Shown here: positions 25,824-38,400 of the stretch, piece after piece | Numbering within the stretch: position 1 is the stretch's first letter | Layout: every line of letters starts with the position of its first letter | From: Mytilus trossulus | Taxonomy: Eukaryota | Length of the DNA: 64,000 bases | NCBI RefSeq assembly: GCF_036588685.1 | Contig: NC_086382.1 | Coordinates: 48,360,001 to 48,424,000, forward strand | Direction of reading: 5' to 3' | Notes under the pieces: model-generated | Database searches by the model: none | What the model saw: only the letters and a program-made list of their open reading frames with translations | Told to the model about the DNA's origin: nothing | Program-made: the position numbers and the translations under genes

Positions 25824-28765
25824 GGTCGAGTTCACTCGAAACTCTCGAGTTAACTTTACTTACTCGGGTTTCAACAATACGATTTTACTTGAACCTCTCG
25901 AGTTAACCCCTCGTTCTCTTGTTCAAACCCTCACCGAACCAGGGTTAAACTCGAAAAACTCTTGAATGACGACAAACCAATGTTAATATTTAATTTTTTT
26001 ATGTTTGGTCAGGCTTAACCCTAGAGTTACTTAGAGTTGTTCCGAATGGTTACACGCCATTATTTCGACAGTCCATTAGTCCGACAGCCCAAATGGTCCG
26101 ACAACCCATTAGTCCGACAACCCATTAGTCCGACAACCCAAAAGTCCGACAACCCATTGCTCCGACAGCCCAAAACTCCGACAACCCATAAGTCCGACAC
26201 TGATGGTATCAGGGGAAAATAAAATGTGTCTGTCTGTATTATTACGTTTAGATATGTAATAACATATTTTAAGAAATAATCCCGTATATATAACATGAGG
26301 CTAAGGTAGTTCGAATACTTTCTATATATACTCAATTCGAAATCTGTATATATATAGAATAAAACAGAAAAGAATATGTCATTTTCCAAGTTAAAGGATC
26401 TTAAAGAGCATACATGTATAAATCAAGAACAACCATTGGTGGTACGAGCTACTGATGACAACCCCGCCCAAACATTTTGGTAGACAGGAAGTGTTTGAGT
26501 TGTGAATCTGAAAAAGCATCACACAGTATAACTGACTTATATAAATATTGAAATCAAATTTCAGAAATAATTTCTTGTAGTTCCTGAGTAAAATGTGACG
26601 ACAGTTTTCAACTTGGCTGTCACATGTAATGCGTAATGAATTTGAAAAAGTATCACACGCCACAGCCGACTTCAATTAACCTTTCAGAAATCCTTGTAAT
26701 GTAGTTCATGAAAAAAGATGGAACGAAAATATTTATGGGACGGACGGACAAACTGACGGATGGACGGTTAGACGATACGACAGACAGAGGTAAAACAGTC
26801 TAACCCAACTTTTTCGAAGCGGCGGTCTAATGATTGGGTCAACATTCATGACATTAAAACATTACAATACTAATATGATATAATTATCTTTATAGCCTCG
26901 GTCACAATCGGAGCCAAGACAAAATAGAAAAAAAACCAACTAACACATGGATATCAAATAACAGTCAGTATCAAGACATGTAATCCATAATTCAAAAGAA
27001 CTAACAAATTGAATGTAATCATCATTTTCCCCCATAATAGAAAAGTTTTCTTGTGTTAACAAAATTTATCTTCTTTATCTTACTTTTTAAAGTTCTTACA
27101 TGTGCTAGAAATGATGGTGAAAGAGTTCCACCCTCAAATTATTATGAAGTGAGCATTCGATTGAAAAAAAACTCCCATCCTCAACTTTATCAGCTGTACA
27201 AAACGATTTTTTTAGTATCGAGCATTTCCAATTCTTAATGTAATGGAAGAGCACCGATTGTGAATTAACATATGACCTACCTTTCTTAAAATCAATAATA
27301 TCTAAATATTTTTCTTCTTCTTGAAAAATGCTTTAAATGAAGAACAAATGTCAAATTTCCAACAAAACACATAATGTACTAAGTTTTTAAAATTAGACAA
27401 TATGACAAAGACACAAGCAGGACAAGAATGTCACACATTGTCTTAGATTTTTTACTAGTTTGTTATTGACTTTCATACTGCACTCATTCTATTTGAGCAT
27501 TAAAATGCGTTGACTGTATATTTCTGCAACAAATTTAATTTAAATAAAACTCAGATGAGTGATACAAGGAGAGAAAGCGTTGCGAACAAAAACGGCGGGT
27601 AGTGTCATCAAACTCCGATATATTTATTTTATATGTAGTTAATAGTGGGGAAAACATCACTCCCCTGATACGCAAAAAGGTGGAGCCGAAGATCTAGTTC
27701 AAAAGTCTTAGATGCATGATTTTTTTTATTAGTTGTTAGTGGCTATGAACTACAGTGCTTTCAGATAACTCCGAATACTCTCAGATATGTTCCTAGTGTC
27801 TTTTTGTTGTCGGGATGTACATGTTCCCAGCCACATTCACTTGTTTTATTGTCCATCTGATGAGTTAGGCCTTTTTCAACTGATTTTTATAGTTCGTTCT
27901 TATGTTGAACTGTTATACCACTGTCCCAGGTTAGGGGAGGGTTAGGATCCCGCTATCATGTTTAACCCCGCCACATTATTTATGTATCTGCCTGTCCCAA
28001 GTCAGGAGCCTGTTATTCAGTGGTTGTCGTTTGTTTCTGTGTTACATATTTGTTTTTCGTTCATTTTTTATACAAATAAGGCCTTTAGTTTTCTCGTTTG
28101 AATTGTTTTACATTGTCATATCGGGGCCTTTTTTAGTGGACTATGCTGTATGGGCTTTGCTCATTGTTGAAGGTGTACGGTGACCTATAGTTGTTAATGT
28201 CTGCCATGTTGGTCTCTTGTGGATGATTGTGTTATTTGCAATCATACCACATCTTCTTTTTTATAAAGAAGGTAGATCGAGACACACATGCGAAAAAATA
28301 GCGAACTAGAACAGCACAGACTGATGGTGGACACACAAACAACGAAATATTAAGATAGATAAAGTACCTTTCCACTTAAAACGAATATGGGACGTGGGTA
28401 AAGACTGAGCAGTTGCCATCAGCATGTGTATTAACTCCAATATACTGAGACAAATATCCAGCATGGAAAAAGTAATTGTAATCAAGACGGACAACCACAC
28501 ATATCATAAAGAACGGAGTTGGTCTTTTTAAAGAAAATTTACCAATACACATAAGAAAAACGCATTGTCGGAATAATGGGCTGTCGGAGTAATGGGTTGT
28601 CGTAATAATGGGCTGTCGGAGTAATGGGCTGTCGGAATAATGGGCTGTCGGAATAATGGTTGTCGGACTAATGGGATGTCACAGTTCCGAAAATCAACTC
28701 GAGTGCGTACACGTGATAATCTATTAACTCTGAAGTCGATTGAAGAGTTTCAAGTGAACTCGGCC
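25824..28765. mobile_element. Harbinger-like MITE with 3-bp AAT TSD, split by a 2.6-kb insertion
   Basis: Left end ggtcgagttcactcgaaactct versus right end (reverse complement) ggccgagttcacttgaaactct; AAT on both sides; actcgag motifs on both sides of the inner insertion. Confidence 0.6.
26048..28683. mobile_element. Non-autonomous Mutator/foldback-like element with subterminal 15-bp tandem arrays and ~9-bp TSD
   Basis: (cccattagtccgaca)n-type array at 26057-26199 is mirrored by (tgtcggaataatggg)n at 28566-28675. Flanks are gttccgaat (26039-26047) and gttccgaaa (28684-28692). Confidence 0.7.
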
Positions 28766-29299
28766 AATGTGTTTCTGTATGCTTATTTGTATAAAATGAT
28801 CTAATTGTGTTTTATTTCGTCTTAGAAATATTTTCATTTCAATTTTCGGATGTAGATAATTATTTGTATCAATAGTTTACTCATTGTCGAGGTAAAGTAT
28901 AATGTAAGGTAGATCATAGTTATCGAATGGTATTCTGAACTAGATATTGTACGTCACTAGCATAATTTGTATCTAAGTTGATTCACGATTTTAGGTGGGG
29001 TAAATATTACTGAGTTGAAGATTTTCTTGGTTGTGTTAGAAAGACTGTTGTTTGTCTTTAGTTTTAAAATTAGAAGATGTGATATGATTGCCAATGAGAT
29101 AAGTTAACTCTCAACAAGTTACATGTGACCAAATGACAAATATATTTTATTAACAACTACAGGTCAGCATACTACACTCAACAATGAATATAACAGTATC
29201 GCATGCCCAGCTATAAAAGGCCCGAAATGTTGTTATGGACTTGTTGGTCTATAATGTTCTTGGATACAAAGTTATCAAACATTTTTGCTTTTATTTGCC

Positions 29300-29610
29300 G
29301 TTTGGGTCTGTGGAATTTAATAAGATCGTCCAGTGGAAGCGCTGGTATCTTCCCCTCAAACACTTTGAAAAGAAAATCAGTCGTTGTTGTTGTCTTCTTG
29401 ATTGTAGAGACGGGAGCTGAAGTTGTGATAGCATTGTAGTCATATATCCTTCATCCGTTGATTTGTAGTCTTTTGTAATAAATCTCGCTCCTCTTTTTTG
29501 TATAAATATATCAATGTCTTTTTGGGTATATAGGTCCGAAATAATTGCTCCATACTCTATAATAGATCTTACGAGAACTATATATGCTGTTTTCTGTCAT
29601 CCCATAGGGC
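29300..29610 (-). pseudogene. Non-LTR retrotransposon (CR1/L2-like) ORF2 C-terminal fragment
   Basis: The minus strand reads KTAYIVLVRSIIEYGAII..QKDID..ARFITKDY..MTTMLSQLQLPSLQSRRQQQRLIFF, typical of the post-RT region. Confidence 0.65.
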
Positions 29611-30360
29611 AATGTTGTAGAGTTTTCCCTGTAAAACCACTTGGTCGATCGATTCCGCTGTATCACCGTACTATTCTTCCTACGGAATTATTTTTATTGT
29701 TGCTAGTTCGCCTCGGAGATACACGGTCATATGTTTGGTCCCCTGTGAGGTCAATCCAAAGACTTTAACATGATTGTTTTTTGCTACATTGCATTAAGGA
29801 ATCCGATAGAATACGCCTGTCCGAAAAACAATGTTTACTGATACCTTATAACCATGCTATTGTCATGAAAAGGCATGTTATATTTCTAGCGACACACCAT
29901 GTTCCAAAATGATTAATCTATGTTTGGGTTCCAAACTTCCGCACTATTAAATTACAAACATTTTAGTATTTTTTTTATTTATTTTCTTTGTAATTCATTT
30001 TTTTCTTTTTTACTTGTCATGGTCTCTGATTTATGATTATAATGGTTGTCTTCTTACCTTTTTGCGCTTTGACAATATTTCGATTATTACTTTATTTCAC
30101 TAATACTATATACTTCAATTTAGGATCTCCACGAACATTTCATACATTAATTTAAGATATTTCTAGTTAGAGCATACAAAAATAAAAAATTAAGGTTTCC
30201 ACTGTCAAAATATTATTTCTTCCTAACTTTATTTGTTCTTTCATTTTGATTGAATGTCTCATTTACTCAGTGTCCTGGAAGTGTTTGAGGGAAATGTATG
30301 GGGACGCAAATGATATGTTACATTATTTGATGGATCTTCCATTAGGTACTTTATCATATA

Positions 30361-30978
30361 TTATCACATATTTTGTACTGATATGAACGTTTTTGCATGG
30401 CCAATAATATTCGGAAGTCAAGGTTGGTTATCAGCCCTAGGGGCCGATATCGATATCAGCCCTCGAAATCCATATCAAGCCCCTGAGTTTAACTTCCGGT
30501 GACCTGTCAATCAAAGGCCACTTGTAAACAAGTTAAACACAATGAAAAGAAATTTAGAAAGTTACAAATGTGCTGTAGAAGAATTTGTAATGTAACACTT
30601 TAAAGTCGTTTAATATTTGCAATTCTTAAAATTAATATATTTATTGTTAATCTATTTCTGAAACTTTTCACAAAACGTTGTTAACCAACTGTGATATGAA
30701 CTTTTTTTAACTCAACGGCACAGTGATACATTTATTTATTGTTTTCGTTAAATATCTTTTTGATTTTTGATGAAATATCAAACATAATTTGGTGTAAGCT
30801 ATTTGTTTTCTCCTGCTTGAAAATATGTGATAAATAGATTATAACATGTCATTTTCCATATAGCCCATGGTATCAGCCCACGACCCATATCAAGCCCTCG
30901 GGCTAAAACCCTCTGGCTTGATATGGGAGTCTTGGGCTGATACCAGGGCCATATGGAAAATGCCATGTAATAATCTAT
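30361..30978. mobile_element. Non-autonomous element with a short inverted repeat and a long terminal hairpin (Crypton-like architecture)
   Basis: 14-bp IR at 30361-30374 and 30820-30833, followed directly by a ~145-bp palindrome at 30834-30978. Confidence 0.55.
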
Positions 30979-31077
30979 AATGATTTGAGTAAAATACGTG
31001 TATGCCCGCATTAGTTCTTGTTCTAAATGAGTTACGCAATGTTATTTTGCAATAAAATTAACGGTACCAATTTTCTT

Positions 31078-31121
31078 GCACCAGATGCGCATTTCGACCA
31101 TACATGTCTCGTCAGTGATGC
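31078..31121 (-). ncRNA. Type I hammerhead ribozyme 1
   Basis: Minus strand: GCAUCA-CUGACGA-GAC auguaug GUC-GAAA-U gcgc A-UC^-UGGUGC. Confidence 0.85.
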
Positions 31122-31429
31122 TCGTGGCCAAAATATTTGAAATCCAAAGCTTATTTAAAAGATGAAGAGCTATAATCCAAAAGGTTCAAAAAGTAAAGCC
31201 AAATCCGTGAAAGGAATCAGAGCTTTTTGCATGAGGGAGATACATTCCTTAATTTATAATAATTTCTAATATTTTGTAACAGCAAATTTTAATAACACAA
31301 AAAAATCCGTATTTCATGCCAGTACCGAAGTACTGGCTACTGGGCTGGTGATACCCTCGGGGACTAATAGTCCACCAGCAGAGGCATCGACCCAGTGGTA
31401 GTAATAAAATTAACGGTACCAATTTTCTT

Positions 31430-31479
31430 GCACCAGATGCGCATTTCGACCATACATGTACATGTCTCGTCAGTGATGC
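31430..31479 (-). ncRNA. Type I hammerhead ribozyme 2, with a 6-nt duplication in loop 2
   Basis: Same core as ribozyme 1; the plus strand has catacatgtacatgtc. Confidence 0.8.
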
Positions 31480-31785
31480 TCGTGGCCAAAATATTTGAAA
31501 TCCAAAGCTTATATAAAAGATGAAGAGCTATAATCCAAAAGGTTCAAAAAGTAAAGCCAAATCCGTGAAAGGAATCAGAGCTTTGCATGAGGGAGATACA
31601 TTCCTTAATTTATAATAATTTCTAATATTTTGTAACAGCAAATTTTAATAACACAAAAAATCCGTATTTCATGCCAGTACCGAAGTACTGGCTACTGGGC
31701 TGGTGATACCCTCGGGGACTAATAGTCCACCAGCAGAGGCATCGACCCAGTGCTAGTTATAAAATTAAACGGTACCAATTTTCTT

Positions 31786-31829
31786 GCACCAGATGCGCAT
31801 TTCGACCATACATGTCTCGTCAGTGATGC
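31786..31829 (-). ncRNA. Type I hammerhead ribozyme 3
   Basis: Identical core to ribozyme 1; array homology ends at its stem I. Confidence 0.85.
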
Positions 31830-32403
31830 AACCTGATTCGTCATTCGATTTCTTATGCTACGATTTATTCTGTCTTCCTTAATGCCGAGATATACTGTAG
31901 CCAATTTTGTAACACTGTTTATAAATCTTTCTATATATATCGAACATAAATCATTAAACGACAATTTATGTACGATAAACAAACAATGATTCCGTACCTT
32001 AAGTGTCTACCTGAGCATTCCAATATATTGCAGAAAAAGTAATAAATTGAGAAAGTAAATCGCATACCACATTCGTCAAATGAATAAGAAATCGATATGT
32101 AAAATGTATTAGAAAACAATTTTATTAAATATCAGTTAAAAGATACATAATATTGTATACAAGTACATAACAAAAGGACAGAACAAGATTTTTTACAGAG
32201 AATTTACTACTATGCAATCAAATAATCAATTTAATAACATTAACTAAAAGCAACAGTAGTATACCGCTGTTCGAAATTCATAAATCGATAGAGCGAAAAC
32301 AAATCGGAGTTACAAACCAGAACTGAGTAATTTAAAAACGCATCAAATAAAAGAGAACTCTAACTTTGTAATTCATCAGGTTTTTTTTTAATATGGATCA
32401 GTT

Positions 32404-35400
32404 TCAAACAAATACCATCACCTCTGCCAGTTGAAGATGGTTAGTTCCGTTGATAGATACTTTAACATATTGACCGCTCATATTCTGGTTACAATGGAAT
32501 ACCAGGTGCTCACCGGTCAGACCCGGACCTGTGTAGTGAATGCACAATGCCATGTCATTTATAGATGGTCCAACAGTGATGTCAAGGTTTCGAAGACGTT
32601 CGCCTGTATAAAGAAAAGGAAGTTTTGAATTCAAAACCTTTTTAACTTAATGATATGGACCAAAAACTTTTTAAAGCTCATGGCTACCATATAAAAACTA
32701 CCAGAATAGTAAAATGAATAGCCATTTACCACAAATATAGAACATAGTTGTATCTATTTCTTTTATTCAAAGGAAAGATTGACTCGTTTAATATACTCAA
32801 AATTTACAAAGGAGCATCGAAATCACAAGTTGTCGCTGAACAGATAACCAAACAGCCCCATACGAGTGGGGGATAGGGATAACAATTAATCAACATGTTC
32901 ATACTACACGTAAAGATCATAAACAATCATATACCAATAACTTTCGATTTCGATTTCCGCAAAAAACTTTTGGTTTTAGTGAAAATCATTTGTGCGCTTA
33001 GGGACATCGTCACTTCTATTCCCATGTTGTCAGTTTGTTTTATATTTACGAGTTTGACTGTCCCTTTGGTATCTTTCGTCCCTCTTTTTTTGAGCCAGTG
33101 GTTTGAAAACTGTGATGCTATATAATTACATGAATTATTTGGCAAATTGAATTATCGAAATTGACAATAAGCACTGCTGTCATTAGAGACTTTTGATAAA
33201 GTACCTACAGAACAAACACAATTTCTAGTTAATCCAGCAGAGACGGCATGCATAAAGTTGAGTCCACAAACGTAACGTCTTCAAATTACCGAACTCATTT
33301 ACGAGGTCGGCATTTCCCCCAAGATATCGTAAGCGTAACAAAAACACGGGATACTTAGTTAATAACATAATTTTAAACATAAACGTTCAACATATTTCTT
33401 TTTTTCGAACAACAAATCACAGCAAATGCACACTCTGGAAATCTTAATAAAAATTATGCTTAGAGCAGTGTAATGGAAATAATAAACGACTGTGCCCTGA
33501 ACCCTATTCAGAAAATAGCGTTTTAATGTCATTTATTTTAACTGTGATAGATAGCTGGACACGTAAAAAATTGAAGTACAATCAATTTGAAACTTAGTAA
33601 ACATGTTCCCTATGATATGATATGTCTAATTGTAATGCAACTTGAGAGACTTTCCCCAATTTTCACGGTCAATTGAACCTAGAAAATGATAGTGCGGATG
33701 GGGCATCCGTGTACTTGGGACACATTCTTGTTTTATATTTTATAGATTTAATTTTGATAATCCTTTTGATTTTTTGGATTTTAATGGAAAGCTTGAATCA
33801 TTTGATCATAAAAATAAAAAAAAACTTTAAGAGGAGAACCACGACACAACGGGAACACAACATAAATATTCAACACACACAGAAACGAACTATACTATAT
33901 CAATGGCCTTTTTCCTGATGTGGTACAGGACATTTTAATAAAATTAAATTGAGGTTTGGATGTGGTTTTGTTGCATGCCAAACATCCCGCTTGTATGGCA
34001 ATGTAGAAATGTATACCATACAAATAAATGGGAGAACCTTTAAGACAGAGAATTTACAATAATTCATACTTTTGCAAGCAGTTAATTTTTATACAATGAC
34101 TATAATTTTTTAAAGATATACATGATAAAACCGAAGTAGTGACTAACTACAGGATAAAAACGGATACACAAAATATCTTTAACCAGCTCATAAAACTTCG
34201 CAGCCGAGTTAGCCAAAGTGATAAACGCACAACGTGACGTCACATTTGAATTTCTATAAATTTTTCAAAAATATGATAGAATTAGGATAAAATTCAAGAC
34301 TTGTGGTAGTAATAAAATAATTAATTTTATTATCTAGCTGTGTCGGCGTTTCTTTTAAATCAAACTGTAAACAAAATAAACTCGAAAGTGGTCTATTTAT
34401 ATTGGAATCCGTACACTGTTTGAATACTATTTCAATATTTGATCTTTATCATACAAAACATAAGTTTAACATCATCATCAGAAGCGACTATCATCTATAT
34501 AAGAAAATGCCAGCTTCAGAATTTTGTTGCGACTAGACGATATATCTGCATATTGCAGGTGATTCCGGAATGCTGTTGTAAAGAATATTAAGTTCAGTAA
34601 CATAGTAATGGGAAAGTTAAAGTCCTCTCTTGATGTAATGGGCTTTATTGATTTCCAGATGTGAGAAACAGACATAACTATATTAGTGGCGCTTAAAACA
34701 AAACGGTCGAAATGACAAACATTTGCGATGTTTAAAAGCATTAGACACCAAATATCCTAAAACAAATATCAATACAAAATTGATGAGTACTGGACTAATG
34801 ATGCCATCGGGTAACCGAACTCACGAAGTGGTATTAAATCGACCCCGTTATAAATCATTAAACTCAATTGTACAGTGTGTGATAACGTTTTGATTGCTTT
34901 ATATGTACGACTCCATTTGACCGCACATTATGATCCCAAGGGTGACTGGGGAATAGATATATGGTCACTTGGTCTTCTCCCGACCGTCAGTAAAATGCTT
35001 CCCGAAGTGGGGCGTCCGTTTTGGCTGTGCGGGATGTATCAATTTTGCAGTCACGTCCGGTCAGAATGGAGACGTTAAAGATTTGCTCTTTGCACGTTAA
35101 GAAACCTTGCAACAACTCTTTGAGGGGTCTGTAGGTGGCCTGTTGCAAGGCAAAATATCTGTCCTTTACCAATATACCCTCATTTTCCAGTGGCAGTCCA
35201 AATTTCCCCGACTATCATCCCGAATGGCCTCTATTTTGGCAAGACCTACCTATTGTATTTATTGATAATTTGTTATCGTCCTGAATATGCATGAACTATT
35301 TGCCACTGGACGTTAAGCAAATAAAACCATTTGAACGCACTTTAGAACAATACCAGGAAAATAATCTATGATTCTTTTCGCAGTGTTTGTAGAAATAAAC

Positions 35401-38400
35401 TTTGTGTCCATGTATCATTCATGAAAGGACGAATTTTCGGTATAAAGTCAATAACTTTGTACAATTTTGTAGTCCAAACTTTCTATTGCTTTAAAGGGGC
35501 ACTAGCTACGAGATGAAGAAAAATATAAAATATAACTTGTTTTTGTTAAATCAATAATGGAAGTGAAATACAAATTCGCTTCAAGCAGCCAATTTAATAC
35601 AAGTCTCACGGTGGGTATGGTTGTCCTGCGAGAGAACGTACTGTGCTGGTGATTCGGTCCTGACGGGTGCTGGTGGGTCCTGATTCTGTGCTGGTGGGTT
35701 TGTTTACATTGTATCAGAACGGCAATAAAACGACTGTTTTGTTGCTTAATTTTTCTCTGATGCGTCATAAGTACCATGCAAAGTATATTACAACAATATT
35801 ATATTGCAAAAGTCGTGCAAGTTCGTTTAACGGAATTGTCCTGACGCGGTGCTGGTGATAAGAAAAACGGTCCTGGTTCTGTGCTCCGATGTCCTGGTTC
35901 TGTGCCTTTATATTTTAGTTAAAAGTGGCATATATTCAAGATCATTGATGCTTTACTGTTATTGACTAATTAACTGTTGCCTGCTTTCTTGAAATTAACA
36001 TTGTTTTGAATCCGTTTACTGTTATTATGCAAGAAAAAATACCCCTATTTTTTAAATTTTTTTTTAAATTAACTGTTATCTTATTTATTGGCCTGTTAAT
36101 TGAACCCTTCTTGTCCCCTTTTAAGATAAGAAAATGTGTTTACGATTTTCGGGATTACGATCATTTTGCAAGATCACCAAAATACGTTGTAATTTATACA
36201 ATACTTATATAAAGTAGATGATGTGCTATGTTTGTTGTCAATGAACAAATTTCCATAAGAAACCAAAGGAAGTATATGTTAATAACCATACGTCATCGTA
36301 ATACCTTCAACAACCCATTAAATAAAAATGTAAAAGGTTTTGCATAAAAATGGAGAGCAAAAATATAGAACAAAGAACTTTCTGAGCGTTTGAATCATAT
36401 GTCTTTAGCAGCTTAAATCACATTTTTTTCTGAACAATTGAGTGCTGACTATAAAAATGACAATAGTATTGCGGGTTTGTTTGGGTTTTTTTTGGGTTTT
36501 TTTTTGTGGGGGGGGGGGGGGGGTGATGGGGATAAGTAAGAGCGAGGTTGCAGTAAAAGTTTTAAGCTTGGAATAGTTTCCCGTAAGATTAAAAAGTTGT
36601 ATTTTAAAAGAAAAATGTATCTTATACCCATTAATAATCACTTGCTGTATCTGTAAGATTTTTTCAACATAACTTTTTTGTCTGAACGGTTATCAGGTGT
36701 TTTTTTTCGAAAGTTCGATAGAACACTAAAGCAAATCACTATTTTATGAAAGGGCAGACTAGACTATATCAGAGAATGAAGACGAGATAACCTAGAGACC
36801 ACTATAAACAAAACTAAGATTTCTTAGCTTTTTCATTTCAAAATTTCAAAATAAATAAATATTTTTGATAAAGAATTACGGGGGAGGAAGTGAACAATGT
36901 GTCCTACTTTACTATATTTAAATATTTTTATGAATAAAAATCAAATGTGCCTTAATTATAATTGAAAATGAGTAAATGGAAAAAATACATAACTAAAATA
37001 CACTTTTATTTTAATATTGGTAATATCACTAAGCTAGCTTTTAAGTTTTGTGTGTCAAACACACCATCTCTGTAGTAATGACTCCATACTAATTTTTTCA
37101 CTTCATCCATTTTTTTCTGCATTTTTTTATATTGTGAATTCTTAGTATTATAATATTTAAATGTAGCCTTAATTTATGTTTAAAAAAAACGAATCTAAAG
37201 CCAGATATATCAAACATTTTTGTTTCCATCTATCCGTTTTCAGGACAGTAACAATCAATGTAAACACGCCTGGAAAGTAAAATGCGTACTTGGCTGTCTG
37301 TCATCGATCATTTTTAGACACCCTCCTAAAAAACAAACCGGGGTGGGGGTTCAGAGATGCAAATTAAGTACTCAGATCAATATTTTATCTTTTCGTGTAT
37401 GGTTATGACCCCTTCTGTGGCTTGTCAATTACGAAATGTGCAAACTGCAAAAGTATTAAAACAGCACAGACAATGAATAATAGAGACATAATTTTGTACA
37501 TATATCAAGGGGAAACTTCTTGCAAAGCATTATTATTTATAGTTCATTACTGTTTTTAGTAGAAAAAGAGAATTTGGTGAAAAGAAAATCACTTTTTTTG
37601 TAGAAAATTCACAGACGTTTGTAAAGAGACTTTTGTTATGTTTAGCATTGGATCAACGCAAGGGTACATTATCCTTAAAAATCTATTTAAAAGTATTTGA
37701 AACTAACGTTTGCTTTGTTAATTGTGCATTTCAAAAATCCCTAAGGGTTACTGGGAAATAGAGATATGGTCACTTGGTCTTCTCCTGACCGGCAGTAAAA
37801 CGCTTGTCGAAGTGGGTTGTCCGTTTGGCTGTGCGGGATGTATCAAGTTCGCAGTCGCGTCCGGTCAGAATGGGGACGTTAAATCCGATGTCTCGTGTAA
37901 AGAGAGTGCCACGCTCTTTGCACGTTAATAACCCTTGCAGCAACTCTTTGAGGGGTCTGTAGGTGGCCTGCTGCAAGGCAAAATTTCTGTTCCTATCCAA
38001 TACATCCTCATTTTCCAGTGGCAGTCCAAAATTCCACGACTATTGGCCTCTTTTATGACAAGTCCTACCTATTGTATTTATTGTGAACTTGTTCTCGTCC
38101 TGAATATGCATGAAATATTTGCCACTGGACGTTAAGCAACCAACAATCAATCAATCAATAGCTTCATACTACGAATTGAGTTTAAAAAAGAAATTCTTAG
38201 ATTAAACACCTACATTTAACTTTAAAAGGTCATAACAGTTTAAAACAATACAAATCTACACACACACAAAAACTGGCTTAATTTCAAATAATTACATTAG
38301 ATGTATGTTTCATTATGATACTTTATTCTGATTGGCTAACTGGACATAACGTGTTATTCCGTAAGCAATTGCATTGCTCAATAAAACTTTTCATTCATGA

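Larger units (their letters stand above)
31051..31829 (-). mobile_element. Retrozyme-like tandem array, ~2.2 copies of a 352-356-bp unit, with three hammerhead ribozymes
   Basis: Near-identical units start at 31051, 31403 and ~31758; each junction carries a type I hammerhead on the minus strand. Confidence 0.85.

Noticed and set aside
26057-28675. CRISPR-like arrays (15-bp repeats; also the 46-bp array at 57-58.5 kb)
   Set aside because: The repeats are head-to-tail without unique spacers, there are no cas genes, and the context is eukaryotic.
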